Of a stretch of DNA of 64,000 bases, positions 35,901 through 47,900 are shown one piece after another. The stretch is from Lama guanicoe (Eukaryota), in the NCBI GenBank assembly GCA_013239625.1, contig MU053431.1, forward strand, positions 2,444,485 to 2,508,484, read 5' to 3'. Every line of letters starts with the position of its first letter. The stretch's first letter is position 1. The notes under the pieces were generated by a model that saw only the letters and a list, made by a program, of their open reading frames with translations, was not told the origin of the DNA and did no database searches. Made by a program: the position numbers and the translations under genes.

Positions 35901-38900
35901 TGATGGCGTCTCTCAGCGCAGAAACTAACCACTGTGATGACCTCGTTCGTCAGACTGCTCTCGTCAGTGCTTCTGGGGAGCTGCCTCGGGAGAGTCTGCC
36001 TGTCCCCATGACTGCAGAGACCTAGGGAGCTTCTGGAAGACGCTTTCCTTCTACGTTTAGGGTCATGAGCAACACTGTCTTACTCCCGTCTGTACTCTGG
36101 GGCTTAGACAGCTGGGGCCCCGGAGGGGCTGCCCTCCCCAGGGCACTTCCCGGAGACGGTAAATAGCCTGCCCCGGGGCATAACATACAGACCAGCCTCC
36201 TCCACCTGCTCCCACTCCGGATCATGGCTCCGGCCCGTCTCCCTGAGGCCAGACAAGCATAATGACACTTTCTCATACCTTTTATTGACAATCAGCACTT
36301 CCCCCTCTGGCTACTGGTCACCGTGGCAACAGCTGGCTCTACTGACCGTCCGCCATGGCAGCCACCGCCCCCGGCGACCGGCTGTGTTCATCCTTCCTGC
36401 CGCACGTCCACTTCCTGTCTCACTGGTGTTTGCTCCCTCTCTCCTCCTGCTTCCTTGGGGCTAATCTGCTACTCTTCTCCTCACTTCCTGACCATCCCCC
36501 AGCTGGAACCTTCCCTCTTTTCTGGAAAGTGCAAGTAGGACTGTAGATGTCCCTTAAACACACTGCAGCTGGGTCCTCCGCGTTTTGACGTGTTGTGTTT
36601 CTATCATCACCTGGTTCACAGTCTTCCAGTGTCCACTGTGACCTGCTCTGGCGTTGACTGCTGTTGATTTTTAAAAGCTAGTTTCACTGAGGTCGGAGAC
36701 CACGCTCTGACTCCATCCTTTGGGGTTTGCTGAGACCTGGGTCATATTCCCGTTCAGTCTACCTGGTAAATACTTCACGTGCATTTGGACTATTCGACAC
36801 TCGTTCGGTGCAAACCGTTTACTTGTGTTGTGACAGGGAGACACTTCTCCAGAACAGAGACGCAAAACTCCTGAACAAAACAGCAGCGGAGCCGACCACA
36901 CAGGGAAAGGACAGCCCTCGTGACCCAGTGGGGTTATTCCAGGAATTCGGGGTTAGTATCTGAAAACTGCCCAAACCTCCTGCAGCCGCACTGAGCCTGT
37001 CGCGGTTCTGAGCCCGAGCGTCCAGCAGGTGAGTCTCCCGCTGAACTGATCCTCGCCACGTGAGGTCCTCGCGACATCAGGGACTCTTTTTAGGCTAGTG
37101 TTTCCTTGGTTTCTCTTGTTTATTTTACTTTTGGTGGGGGAGGTAATTAGTGTTACTTTTTGTTTCCTGAAGGAGGCGCTGGGGACTGCACCCTGGGCCT
37201 TGTCGTGCTGCGCACGCGCCCCACCACGGAGCTACACCCATCACCTTGGTTTCTCTTCTTCACCTTTTTCCTTTCAGCCTTTCTGTGTTCTTATCTATGA
37301 AGCTTGTTACCTACAAACAACAGATTTTCCTTGAAAAACAAGCTGACAGTCTTTTCTTTTTCGTGCACGTTCAGCAGATTTGCAACAAAGGGGCTGTTGG
37401 TGTAGCTGGGCGACCGTGTCGCTGTGTGTTTTCTGTTTGTCCTTTTGTGGGTTTGGGGCCTTTAACCCTCCTTGCTTGCCTTCTTTCAAATTGATCAAGT
37501 ATTGCTCCATTTTTCTGCTCATAAGCCTTTGAACTGCGCGTGATTTTTGTTGCCATTCATTGTGACTTTGCGAAGAAGCAAGAACCATCCAACCGCCAGG
37601 CTTGCTCACCTCTCCCGTCCTCTGAGCTGCAAGTATCGTGCGTACGCTCCTGTTTGTGTCAAAGAACCATAAGTGTTGCTTTAAACGATCAAGATGTTTT
37701 CCAGCGAGGGCCGTGTTTAGTACTTCTTGTCAGCTGGCAGTGAACCCCTCAGTTTGTTTGCTGGTGTGACGCTGTCTTCTCGCAGCCTTGGTCTGTGCAC
37801 GCTCCTGGGGGGCGTGGGGCCCGGCGTTTCCGCAGCCCCCGGGGGCGCCCCGCTGCGGCCCAGCTCCCGGGCTTCTGCCGGCAGTCAGACCGCCATCTTG
37901 GTGCTTTTCCTCTTCCCGGCCTTCCGCTCGGCTGCTTCTGCAGTTCTTGTTTTTGTCTGGTTTTCAGCCTGGTTCTGGGGCTGCTCTGCCCTGCTCTTCC
38001 TCCTGCTCGGGGGTCACTGGGCTTCCTGAGCGTGTGCATCGGCGTCTCCCATCGTTTTGGACAGTTCTCAGCTGCTGTCTCTCCAGATGCTGCTTCTGCT
38101 CCAATTTCCCTCTTCTGGACCTGCGGCCACACGCGTGTCGGACGTTTCCAGTTCCCACGTGTGCCTTCTCCTTCTCCGAGCTTCGGCCTGGACCCTCTGT
38201 CTTCCAGCCGCTCGCCCTCTGCTGGCGGTGCCCAGGCTGCTGCTGAACTGCCTCGTGGGTCCTCAGCGTCACACAGGTGTGTTCAGTCCCAGCAGGCTCA
38301 CTGGGCTCTTTCTTACAGCCCAGTTCTCTTGAAAGCCTCCCCCTTAACCTCTCTTTCGCCACCTCCTTGAATGTGGTGTAGACATCTCCCGGGAGTGGCC
38401 CCTGGGAGTGGCCCCTCTGGGGTCTCAGCCGGAGGCCTGGGGTGCATCGCCGGGCCCCTCGGCCGGCCCGGGCTCGAACCCCGCTCAGTGCCCAGTGCCG
38501 CACGGTGGCGTTCATCTCTGCTCCTTGGGCTTCTTCCTGCAGGACCCTGGCTCTGTGGGCGTCCCAGGAGTCGAGGGGCTTGTCTGCAGACTTGGGGGCT
38601 GCTTCTCTGTGGCTTCTTGCTTTTTGAGATTTTCCCCCTAGGCCCAGACCCCCTGGCTGCCCCAAAGGACACTTCCCACGCTGCCCTCTGCTCAGCCTCT
38701 GTTCCCTGCACCAGCGTTTGGGGAGTGTGCTGGAGAAAAATCCAGGAGCATGTACAGCTGATCTGTCCTCACCCTGCTCCCAAGGGCTCAGCCTCCAAGT
38801 CCCACCTGCACCGCTGTGTGCCAGGATGGGTGTGTGCATGTGTATACATGCGTGAGCGTGCATATGCATGCATGCGCATATATGCACTGTATGTGTGTGT

Positions 38901-41900
38901 GTATATGTACTGTGTGGGTGTGTGTATGTGTGTCTGTGTGTGGGGTTTGGGGGGCCAGTGTCTGAAATAGTTTTTGCCTGGAGGGTAAACCCAATACAAG
39001 CTAGTCATGGTTGAAACTGGAAATTCACAGTTTTTTTTTTCAGGACGTTTTCTTTAAAATAAATTAATGCCCTTCCGTCAGCACCTCAGTTACGTGCAAC
39101 CACCGCGCTGACAACGGTCCAGACTGGGCTGTTATACACTTAGAGTGTGCGCTGCATAGTAAGCCAGCATCCCCGGGCAAGAAACCCTCACTTCTATACA
39201 CACATGCCCGACCACGTGCGGCTGGAACCCGAGTTTCTGAGGCCACCCACTCACATGTTGAGAATATGGTAAATATGGCAAGACGCCTAAACGAATCTGT
39301 AGACATGGAGAAAGATTTGCAGCAGTCAACAGATCTCAATAACCAACCATTTATTACTGCAACCCTCTGTGCTCAAGAAAGGGCAATGTTATGTATGGAT
39401 GCATTTTTAAAAACTCTTTGAAATCCATTCCTGAGCCACAATATTTCAGTGAGAAATTCGATTAAATATGAGCAATGCAATACCTCGATGAACTTGCTGA
39501 GAACCTTCCGCTGGATGACTGGACACACTTAAGGGAAGTGACATCAGATGTGAGAGTGAGCGCGGGTGGCCATCCAGGCCGACACGCCTCTCACCTCCCT
39601 TCCCCATGGACCACAAACTTCTTTCTTTCTTTTTCTAGGAGCAATTATCTATCTGTCTATTTTAAAAAGAAATTCAACTTGTTTAAACTAAAAGAACACC
39701 AAAACATTTCACTTATTTCCCCCACTTCTGGAAATCACCGAACTCCCTCCACTGTACCTACGAGCTTGTGTGTGCGTGTTTCAGATTCACGTACAGGTCA
39801 CATCACGTGGTATTTGTCGTCCTCTGTCTGACTTGTTTCACTGCGCACGATGCCCCACGGCCCCCGTGCACTCGTCTTGTCACACGTGGCAGGATGTCAT
39901 TCTTTTTTATGACTAATATTCCACTGCAACTGAGTGGTGTGTGTATATAAGCGATTTTCTTTATCCATTCATATCTTGGCTTTTGTAAATAATGCTGCGA
40001 TGAGCAAATCTATTTCTTTTAGGCATGATGGAAACTTTCTGAAATTTCTTACTTGTTTTTAAAAACTAACATAGCCCTTCTGCACAGCAGCGCAGGGCCT
40101 CTCCATGAGCTGGCCTGCTTGTGGGCCCCAGCCGTGCCACGCCCACCCTGGGAAAGCCCCTCAGGGAACCGAGACAGGGAAGCGGCCTGGGCTCTGCGCA
40201 GCCACCCTGGACGCGCGCTCTCTGAGCCCTAGCAGCCCAACGGTCCTGTGGTGACCAGCGAAAGAGAAGAGGAGAGCTCCCTCTTCTCAGGAATGACGCT
40301 TATGCACAAACCGGCACTTACTGAAACCCACGGGGAAGCGGGCCCCTTGGACATGGGCCACCCAGTGGTCCTTTAACTCCCAGGGACACCGCTCGGGCGG
40401 GGTCACCCTGAGCCTCTCTCAAAACCCAACTTTTCTCTGTCCTCAGAACTCGTTTCATGACAGTAAACGATGGACGGGGCAGAGGGGCAGCCTGGCTGCA
40501 CGTGGACCACGGCCTGACCACGGCCCGGCCACGGTCGGGGTGGGGATGGGCCCGCTTGCTGGACCGCAGGGAAGCACCTCTCTGCCACAAACCCATCCGC
40601 ATGGCTCTGCCTGGGCCCTGAAGCCCACAGGGCCTCAGCTACCTGCAGACGCGGGCCATGTCTGGTGCAGGCGGACGGTAGCAAGGACAGGCACCGTTTC
40701 TGGGAAGAAGCCCAGCTTTGGTGACTAAAGGGCAGCACACGCCGAGGACACGGACACTGGGCTTCGTCCCCACATCTTTCCAGAAAGGAACAGGGTCAGA
40801 GCTGTCTGGTTCCTCGCCTCCGGGACGGGGGCACAGTGTCCTGCCCCTCCTCTCCTGCCCTGCCCCTACAAGTCGGCAACCTTGCACAATGCCGGTGACC
40901 CCAAACCTCACCGCCTGGAGGCTGGGGCTGCAGCTGCCCCACCTGCCCAAGGCTGGGCACTGAGAGGCTTTCGCTGGCCCTGGCTCACGCCGATGCCCGG
41001 GCCCGACTGCTGCAGCCCCCCCCCCGGCCCTGCCACCACCCGCTGGCCACCTGGACCTGAAGATCAGGCTGCCACAGCAGACAAGCATGTGCCAATGTCT
41101 GCCCCCGTGTGCAGAGTGCCTGTTCCAGCCTGTCTGGCCTCAAAACCACTGTCCACAGCGGAGGCGTCTGTCTCCTCGTGGCTCCTTAGCTGACTCCAGA
41201 GCGAAGCCCTGGGCAAGTCCATCCGGGCTGTGAGAGGCGCACCAGCCAAGCGGTGAGCCAGAAAGACCCCGGGCATCCTGGACGGGACGGCCCCTGGGAA
41301 CCCCGGGCACTGGCTGGAGCCAACTCCAGAGGAGGCCCGTCGCTTGACCCCGGCCTCCAGGTCCAAGGGGCATCGATCTAGAAGGAGAGACAGACGAGTT
41401 ACAGACTGTCGGGAGCAAAGGGACCAGGAAGACATCAGCACAGACACACATCACCCCTACTCACCGGGTCCCCGTCCAAGCCCCACAAAGATGACCAGTC
41501 ACGCGTCTGGAAAGAAGCTCACAGTTAACTCTCCAGAGCAGACACGCAAAAAACAGAACGCCAGCCCCTCCCACCAAGACCGTCCTGTTCGAAAGGAGTG
41601 CGTTTGATTTATTTCTAAATACAATTTATGTGGTTAAGCTCTCCTGGAAGATTTTTGTTTTCTCCAGGGAAACAATCGAACCTAACAGAACTGCCTTTAA
41701 ATAAACGCCAGGGACACCGCTAGGGCGGGGTCACCCTGAGCCTCTCTCAAAACCCAACTTTTCTGTCCTCAGATCTCATTTCATGACAGTAAACGATGGA
41801 CGGGGCAGAGGGGCAGGCTGGCTGCACGTGGACCACGGCCCCAGCCACAGTCGGGGTGGGGATGGGCCCACCTGCCAGACCGCAGGGAAGCACCACTCTG

Positions 41901-44900
41901 CCACAAGCCCACCCACGCTGACCTCAGACGCAGCAAATGGACCTCTGTAGCCACAGTCGGCGACAGTCAGGAACTCGCAGTGACCCAGCACCGCAGCAGA
42001 ACCCCTTCGACACCGGCCAGAACGGCTCCGTCTGAGGAGCTAGTTTTCAACCTGCTGCCGTATGAGGCTTCTCATTAGCATGGAAATCCCTCAGAAAAAT
42101 ATCTTAATTTAAATATAAAAACACATTTGACTTTGTGTAACATGTTGCCGTGAGGGTGAAGCAACTATCACTGCAAAGTGGGCGCTTGGGTCACTATGAG
42201 TGACACCGGGCTGGGTGGGTGTGGCTGGGGGGGGCAACTACCACAGAGGCTCCACACAGCCCCCGAGCTCGCTCAGGACACGCGGTGCCCACAGGGACGC
42301 ATGCAGTGGACGAGTGTCTGGTCCAGGCTGCCCAGCCGGCCGCTCTCACGTCTTACCTGGGTGGGGGGGCGGCTCCCTGGGCTCCGGCCGGCCGTGCGCC
42401 AGAGCGAGCCTCGTGGGCTCTGAGTGGACGAGAGTGGAGGGGCTGGAGGGCGGCGCCTCTGCTCAGACCAGCGTCCCCCCAGGGTGACTCGGGCTGGCGC
42501 CAGGCCCTGGAACACAGGGAACGAGTCTCTCCCATGTGAACGGACACCGGCTGCTGGGCTCTAGAGAGTTCCAGAAGCACTGCCCCTGCCGGGCCTGCAG
42601 TGAGCAGAGCTGCCGTGCGATGCAGCCAGGGTCTCGCTGGGTGAGGGTGCCGGGCACTTTTATCAGCTCGCCACTCCCAAATGCAGGGTCTCCGTGCGCA
42701 GCTTGCGTGCGTGGGGGACTCTCTCCCAGGAGCAAAACGATCACAACAGGGCGGGCTGGCACAGAAGGTCAGACCCACACGAGAGTGTGAGGCGCACGCA
42801 CGGCTGCGCCTCCCGGGAGCCTCATCTGGAAGGTGCTTCAGGGTGTGTATGCCTGGCTATTTACCTGAAAGGCACTAATGTGTCCATCGACGCCCTTTCA
42901 CAAGAGATGGTCTAAGACTCCAGGATCAAGGTCTTTGATTCATTGCCAAGCACCACATGGAAACAGTCTTTATACCAAAATCAAAACAAAACCCAGCTGC
43001 AGCTGCTCTCCTGAACGTCGGGGTCAGCCCGCAGAGAACCGTCGAGAACAGCGGAAGGACACTGCTGGCGGCCCCCGGTCCAGCCAGACCCCACCCGCCG
43101 CCACCCGAGGCCTGAGTTCTGGCCCCGAGGAGCTGGTGGGAGCCTCGCACATCCTTCCCGCAAGACAGTCAGGAGGAACCTTGGCTCCTCCCTGGCAACA
43201 CCGCCCAGCCGACACGTGTAGGACGTGCGGGGCTTCTGGGAGGCCACGAGGCGGCGCCGCCCTGTGTCCCCACCCCAGTAACCAGAGTGAGCTGGTTCAC
43301 CTCCAGTTTATTCCCCTGAAATCAAAGTTACCTGTGTTCTCACAGCATTTTTCAAGGTCTCTTCTGGATTAACACACACCCCCAAACACAGCTCAGGGAA
43401 CAGCCACGCTCTGAGCCACGCACGTGCTTGTCAGTTTCTACTCAGTGACCAGTGACTTTTAGCAGGTGGGAAGCCAGCCTACTGCTGCAGACGTGATACA
43501 AGTAAAAGAACCAAGTTAAGCCGAATCAAAATGAAAAGTACAAAAGTCCTCTGATGGAGAAGTCGGTTAAAGAGCAATGGCCCAGGAACAAGGCCACCTG
43601 CGGAACTTGGCTGGCAAGTCAGTGTTGTCAGACCCACAAGAACAGGAAGCTCCAGAAAGGCCCCGTGGGCACTGGCTGTGGGTTTCTGCTTGGCACTGCC
43701 TGTGCATTCGACGATGCTCTTAATTTAAACACCTGCAACCACCACCCCTTTCTTCTGCAAAATTGCAGGCCGGCCATACTGGGGCACCACAGGCCCCCCT
43801 CGAGAAGACCAGGCAGGCCCTTGGGGACCCTGCGCCCAACAGACCTCACATCGGGGATGAGCCCTACCCGCTTCTCCAACCATGAGCCACGGTCGTGCTG
43901 TCGGTCCGATGGGCACCCCCAAAATTACAAAATGAAGGGCTTGGCCCTGGAAGAAGCTTGTCAACAATCAGCTCCAGGAGCCTGGGGGTCGGTCAGGAAG
44001 CGCCCCCAACCCCCCGAACCCAGTGAGGAGAGAGGGTCACCCACCGTCACAGCACAGGCCCCCGTCTCCTTCCCAGGGCACTCGGGGGGCTGCCTCCTGG
44101 AGCCTGGGCAGCAAGAAGCGGGCAGCAGTATCCTTGCTTTGCCATCAGTAGCACCTGGTCTGGGGCTCTTTTCTTTCTTTGAACCTGCTTCCATGTCCCC
44201 GGCGCACACACCACCCCTGTGCTCCCCAGGCCGCTGGTCGCCTGGGGCTCAGGGGCACGCGTCCCGGCCGGGCAGCACCCAGGGGGGCCCCCCATCGGGG
44301 CGCTCACATCAGGCGGGCCCCTAACAACATCTTGAACTGAATGGAAAACTGTGACTCGTCTGGAAACAGTGCTGGCAGTGGGTGGACGTGGGGAACTCTT
44401 GAGGGGCTGACGTCTGTCGCATCTGTTCGCAGAAGCCGAAGTCTGGGAACCGAGCCACACGGAGCAGACTGACTCAAAGGCATCTCTGACCCTGGACCTG
44501 CCACAGGAATCTGGGCCTTGCAGGGCAAGTGTCTGCGGCAGGTGCCTGGAGCGCTGGCCCCATCCTGGCTCCCCGCGGGCATCTCCCAGCCCCGCCTGCC
44601 GCCAGGGACCCACCTGCCACAGGGAGGGTCAACCACACAATCTTGGAAAATAAGGCTTTTTTCTGGGTGTTTCCACTCCTCATTTTAGTGTAAGCCCCGA
44701 ACAGGCAGATCTAGCTGACGATGTGAGAAGAGCGTGTCCCACAACAACCCATTCCTCCAGCAAGGCCGGCAGCCTCTCTGCCCCACCCACCAGGCACTGC
44801 CCAGCCACCAGCGAAGGACTCTGCCAACCTCCCAACCCTTTCATGAGGGTGCAACTATCAACAACAGCAACAAAGTGGGAGGTTTAGAGGATCAAAAGCA

Positions 44901-47900
44901 CGGAGGTTAGAACAGCCTAGAAATGACAAAATACCAAAACCCAGCAGTTCGCTTCCCTGGAGTCACAGATGGACTGAAAGCACACGAGCTCTGGGCTCCC
45001 CGCAAACTGCGGAGGGAGGTGTGCGCAGAGCCTCGGCCACGCCCGGGGCAGGTGTGGCTGCCTGACTGCCATGTCAAGAGCGAGGGGACACGCAGCATTC
45101 AGTGACCCCCCTCAGAGGGGACCACCCGACGGGGTCACCACCCACTCCCGTGACTGCACCTGGTGCCAGGATGGGATCTGGGTCTCTGCTGGGTGACGGG
45201 GAACCCAGAGGAGTGGAGGCCATCTCTCCTGTGACCCTTGGTGCCACGTCCCAGAGCCCCGCGGTCAGACCGCTGGCCCGACCAGGTGAAATCAGTGTTT
45301 TCGGGCTAGCTGGACCTTGGCCCCACCCAAAGCGCGGTTCCCACACAGACACAGGCCCACTCGGAAGGCAGAGGCTGCCAGACGCGGGACGGCAGAAGCA
45401 CCAAGAAATCACCCGCCACAACACAGTGGTTCAGCAACGGAGGGGCCGGTGCCGCCCTCCCGGGGCCTCTGACACACAGCTTCACCCAGAACCGAGGGCA
45501 GAGACAGGAGGAACGGCTGTCCCAGCCCGCAGGGGAGGCGCTGGAGGCCCCCAACCTCCCCACCCAAGATCCACAAAGCCTGCCCAGCCAGCGCCTCCCC
45601 TGGACAGCCACTGGGTGGACTTGCCTATGCTGAACCCCAGAAGCCACAAACGCCCCAGAACCAGCGCTCTGACTTTACCAGACCAGCAAACAGCCAGTGG
45701 TTTCTGCTGACAAGCAGCATTCGAGCCAAGAGGGAGTTTATCAGACGCAATTTGCTTACATGTTCCTTGTTCTACAAATACTATTTTGATTTAAATTCAC
45801 AACCATGTGAGTGACGCTATTCCCATTTCTCAGATGCAAACAGTGAGGCCCAAACACGTCTGTTAAAGTGTGTCCAACACCAAACAGCCTTGAGCCAGTC
45901 AGCCGCCAAGTCCGAGCCAGCCTCGCTGCAGCCGCCCCAGCGCTGGCACTCGGGAATAACGAGAATGGAAACACATTGTCCACTTCCAGTCTTTATTGAC
46001 CACAAGCAACTTGCATCACAAAACTTCGGATATTTTAGTGGTCGTGAAAACAGAGTCATGAAAACATTGTTTTTAAAATTAGAGTAAAAATGAAAGATAC
46101 ACTTTCCAGACCCCCGACACCAAAGACGGTTGCAGGTTCTCCTCTGCTTCCTTCCAGGAAACCACGCCTGGATCCCCACTGTCACCCAGGCCCCGCCAGC
46201 CACACGCGCTGGGGCTGCAGGGCCTTGGGGTGGCCCCCCAAGCTCTGCATTGAGCCCCCTGCTTTGGGGGTGCATCCCCTGGCCCTGAGGAGGAAATGGC
46301 CACGCCTGCGCTCCTTCACATGCACCAACCCAGCAGAGTGCGTCTCTCTCTGGACAGACAGCCAGACACGGTCAGTACCTCCCCCAGGCGCCCAGAACAG
46401 GCGGTCTGCAGAGCCCTGAGCCAAGCGGGAGAGGCCCCCTCTCAGGCCGGCACCCGGGGGCCCACGGCCTTCCCGTCCTGTCTGGAGGAGGCCTGGGCGG
46501 CCTGTCGGAGGCTCAGCCGCTTCTGAGTTAGTCTGTTATTCGCTTCTGGGCAACTGAAACTCAGCTGGAGACATTTAAGGTGTAAACACAGCACCCAAAT
46601 CCTTTTAAAAAACTCAAGTGTATCCAGAACTACCTGCTGGAAACAGCGACTACGCACCCTGCCCAACCCCACCACGCAAAGTGAGTCGGGGCAAAGGCTG
46701 GGGCTGGGGGCCAGCAGAGGGCGCCCGCGCCTTCCCTCCTGCCGCCCTGACTTGTGAGGCCTGCCCCGGCCTGTCCCCGGCCCGTCCCAGTCTCATCCCT
46801 GTCCCCAAGCTGTTCCCATCCCAGGCCTGTCACAACCAGAGCACTTCTCAGCTCCACTGGGTCGAGAGTTAGAGGCCTCGATTTCAAGTGTGAAACGTCC
46901 CCCTCCTGGTGCCCCGATAGCCCCACACTGGCTGCCTCCTCTTGGAAGGCAACCTTGACCCACCAACCCACAGGCACTCCTGGCCAGACAGAGCCCGGCC
47001 CTCCTGTCAACAATCACACAAACCCGAGCGCGAGCGCGAGCGGGGCCTGCACTTACGGGACAGGGAGTGGGCGCCCTTGGGCAGGTACTCCAGCAGCAGG
47101 GAGCCGTCCTCCCCCAGCGCGTCGGCCTTGAGGGACAGCAAGCTGTTCTTACTCATGAGCGCTGCCCGCAGGTTGGCCACGGCGGTGGCCTGGTGCAGCG
47201 CGTCCTCCTTCTCTGGGGTGAGAGGTGGGCCCAGGTAGCCGGCTTCTCCGCCCAGGAGACCCTCGTCCATGTGCGCGTAGAGCTCCGGCCGCTCCCCGCG
47301 GCTGTCTGAGCTGCTGGCTTCGGCGACGGTCAGGTCAGCGCCTGGGGAGGGAGACACACGTCAGAGAACTCGCAGGGCCCTTCAGACTCTCCGACCGGCA
47401 AACGGGCAGATCTGGGAGAAGCCAGGCCCAGCTGCTCGTGGTGAAGCTGGACCCCGTCCCCCAAGCCGAGGTCCCAGGACAGTGGAGAAGCCGAGCCAAG
47501 GCCTCAGGCTTGCCGTCCAGGACAAGGGGCTCGGCTCCAGTATCCACAGTGTTCCCACCCCTCAGAGGAGGGGCCGCACTCAAGGTGGGTCAGTGACCTA
47601 AAGCAAGAGCCAAAAGCCTCCACGGCCTCAGCAGGGCCCCGGGTCCTCAGATGTGACACCAGAAGCACAAGCACTCACACAGGTCGCTTGGACCTTGTCA
47701 CAATTAAAGCCTCATATGCCTCGACGGACACTGGCGGCAATGTGAGAAAACAGCACGGAGCAGGAGGAACTATGTGCAAACCACGCGTCTGGTACGAGGC
47801 TCTGTCCAGACTAAGGCAAGAAAAAGACAAATGCCCCAATCAAAATGGGCAAAGGACTCGAACAGATGTTTGTCCAAAGCAGATACACAAATGGCCAGTG

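Noticed and set aside
37890-37899. YY1-type CCGCCATCTT in a CpG-rich patch as a surviving L1 promoter
   Set aside because: It appears to lie inside the decayed L1 body rather than at its 5' end; a single motif is not enough.
43554-44324. 256-aa ATG-initiated ORF antisense in ZBTB46 intron (similar ones at 19890-20642 and 55508-56480)
   Set aside because: No homology or domain I can recognise and no splice or poly(A) support; consistent with chance in GC-rich DNA.
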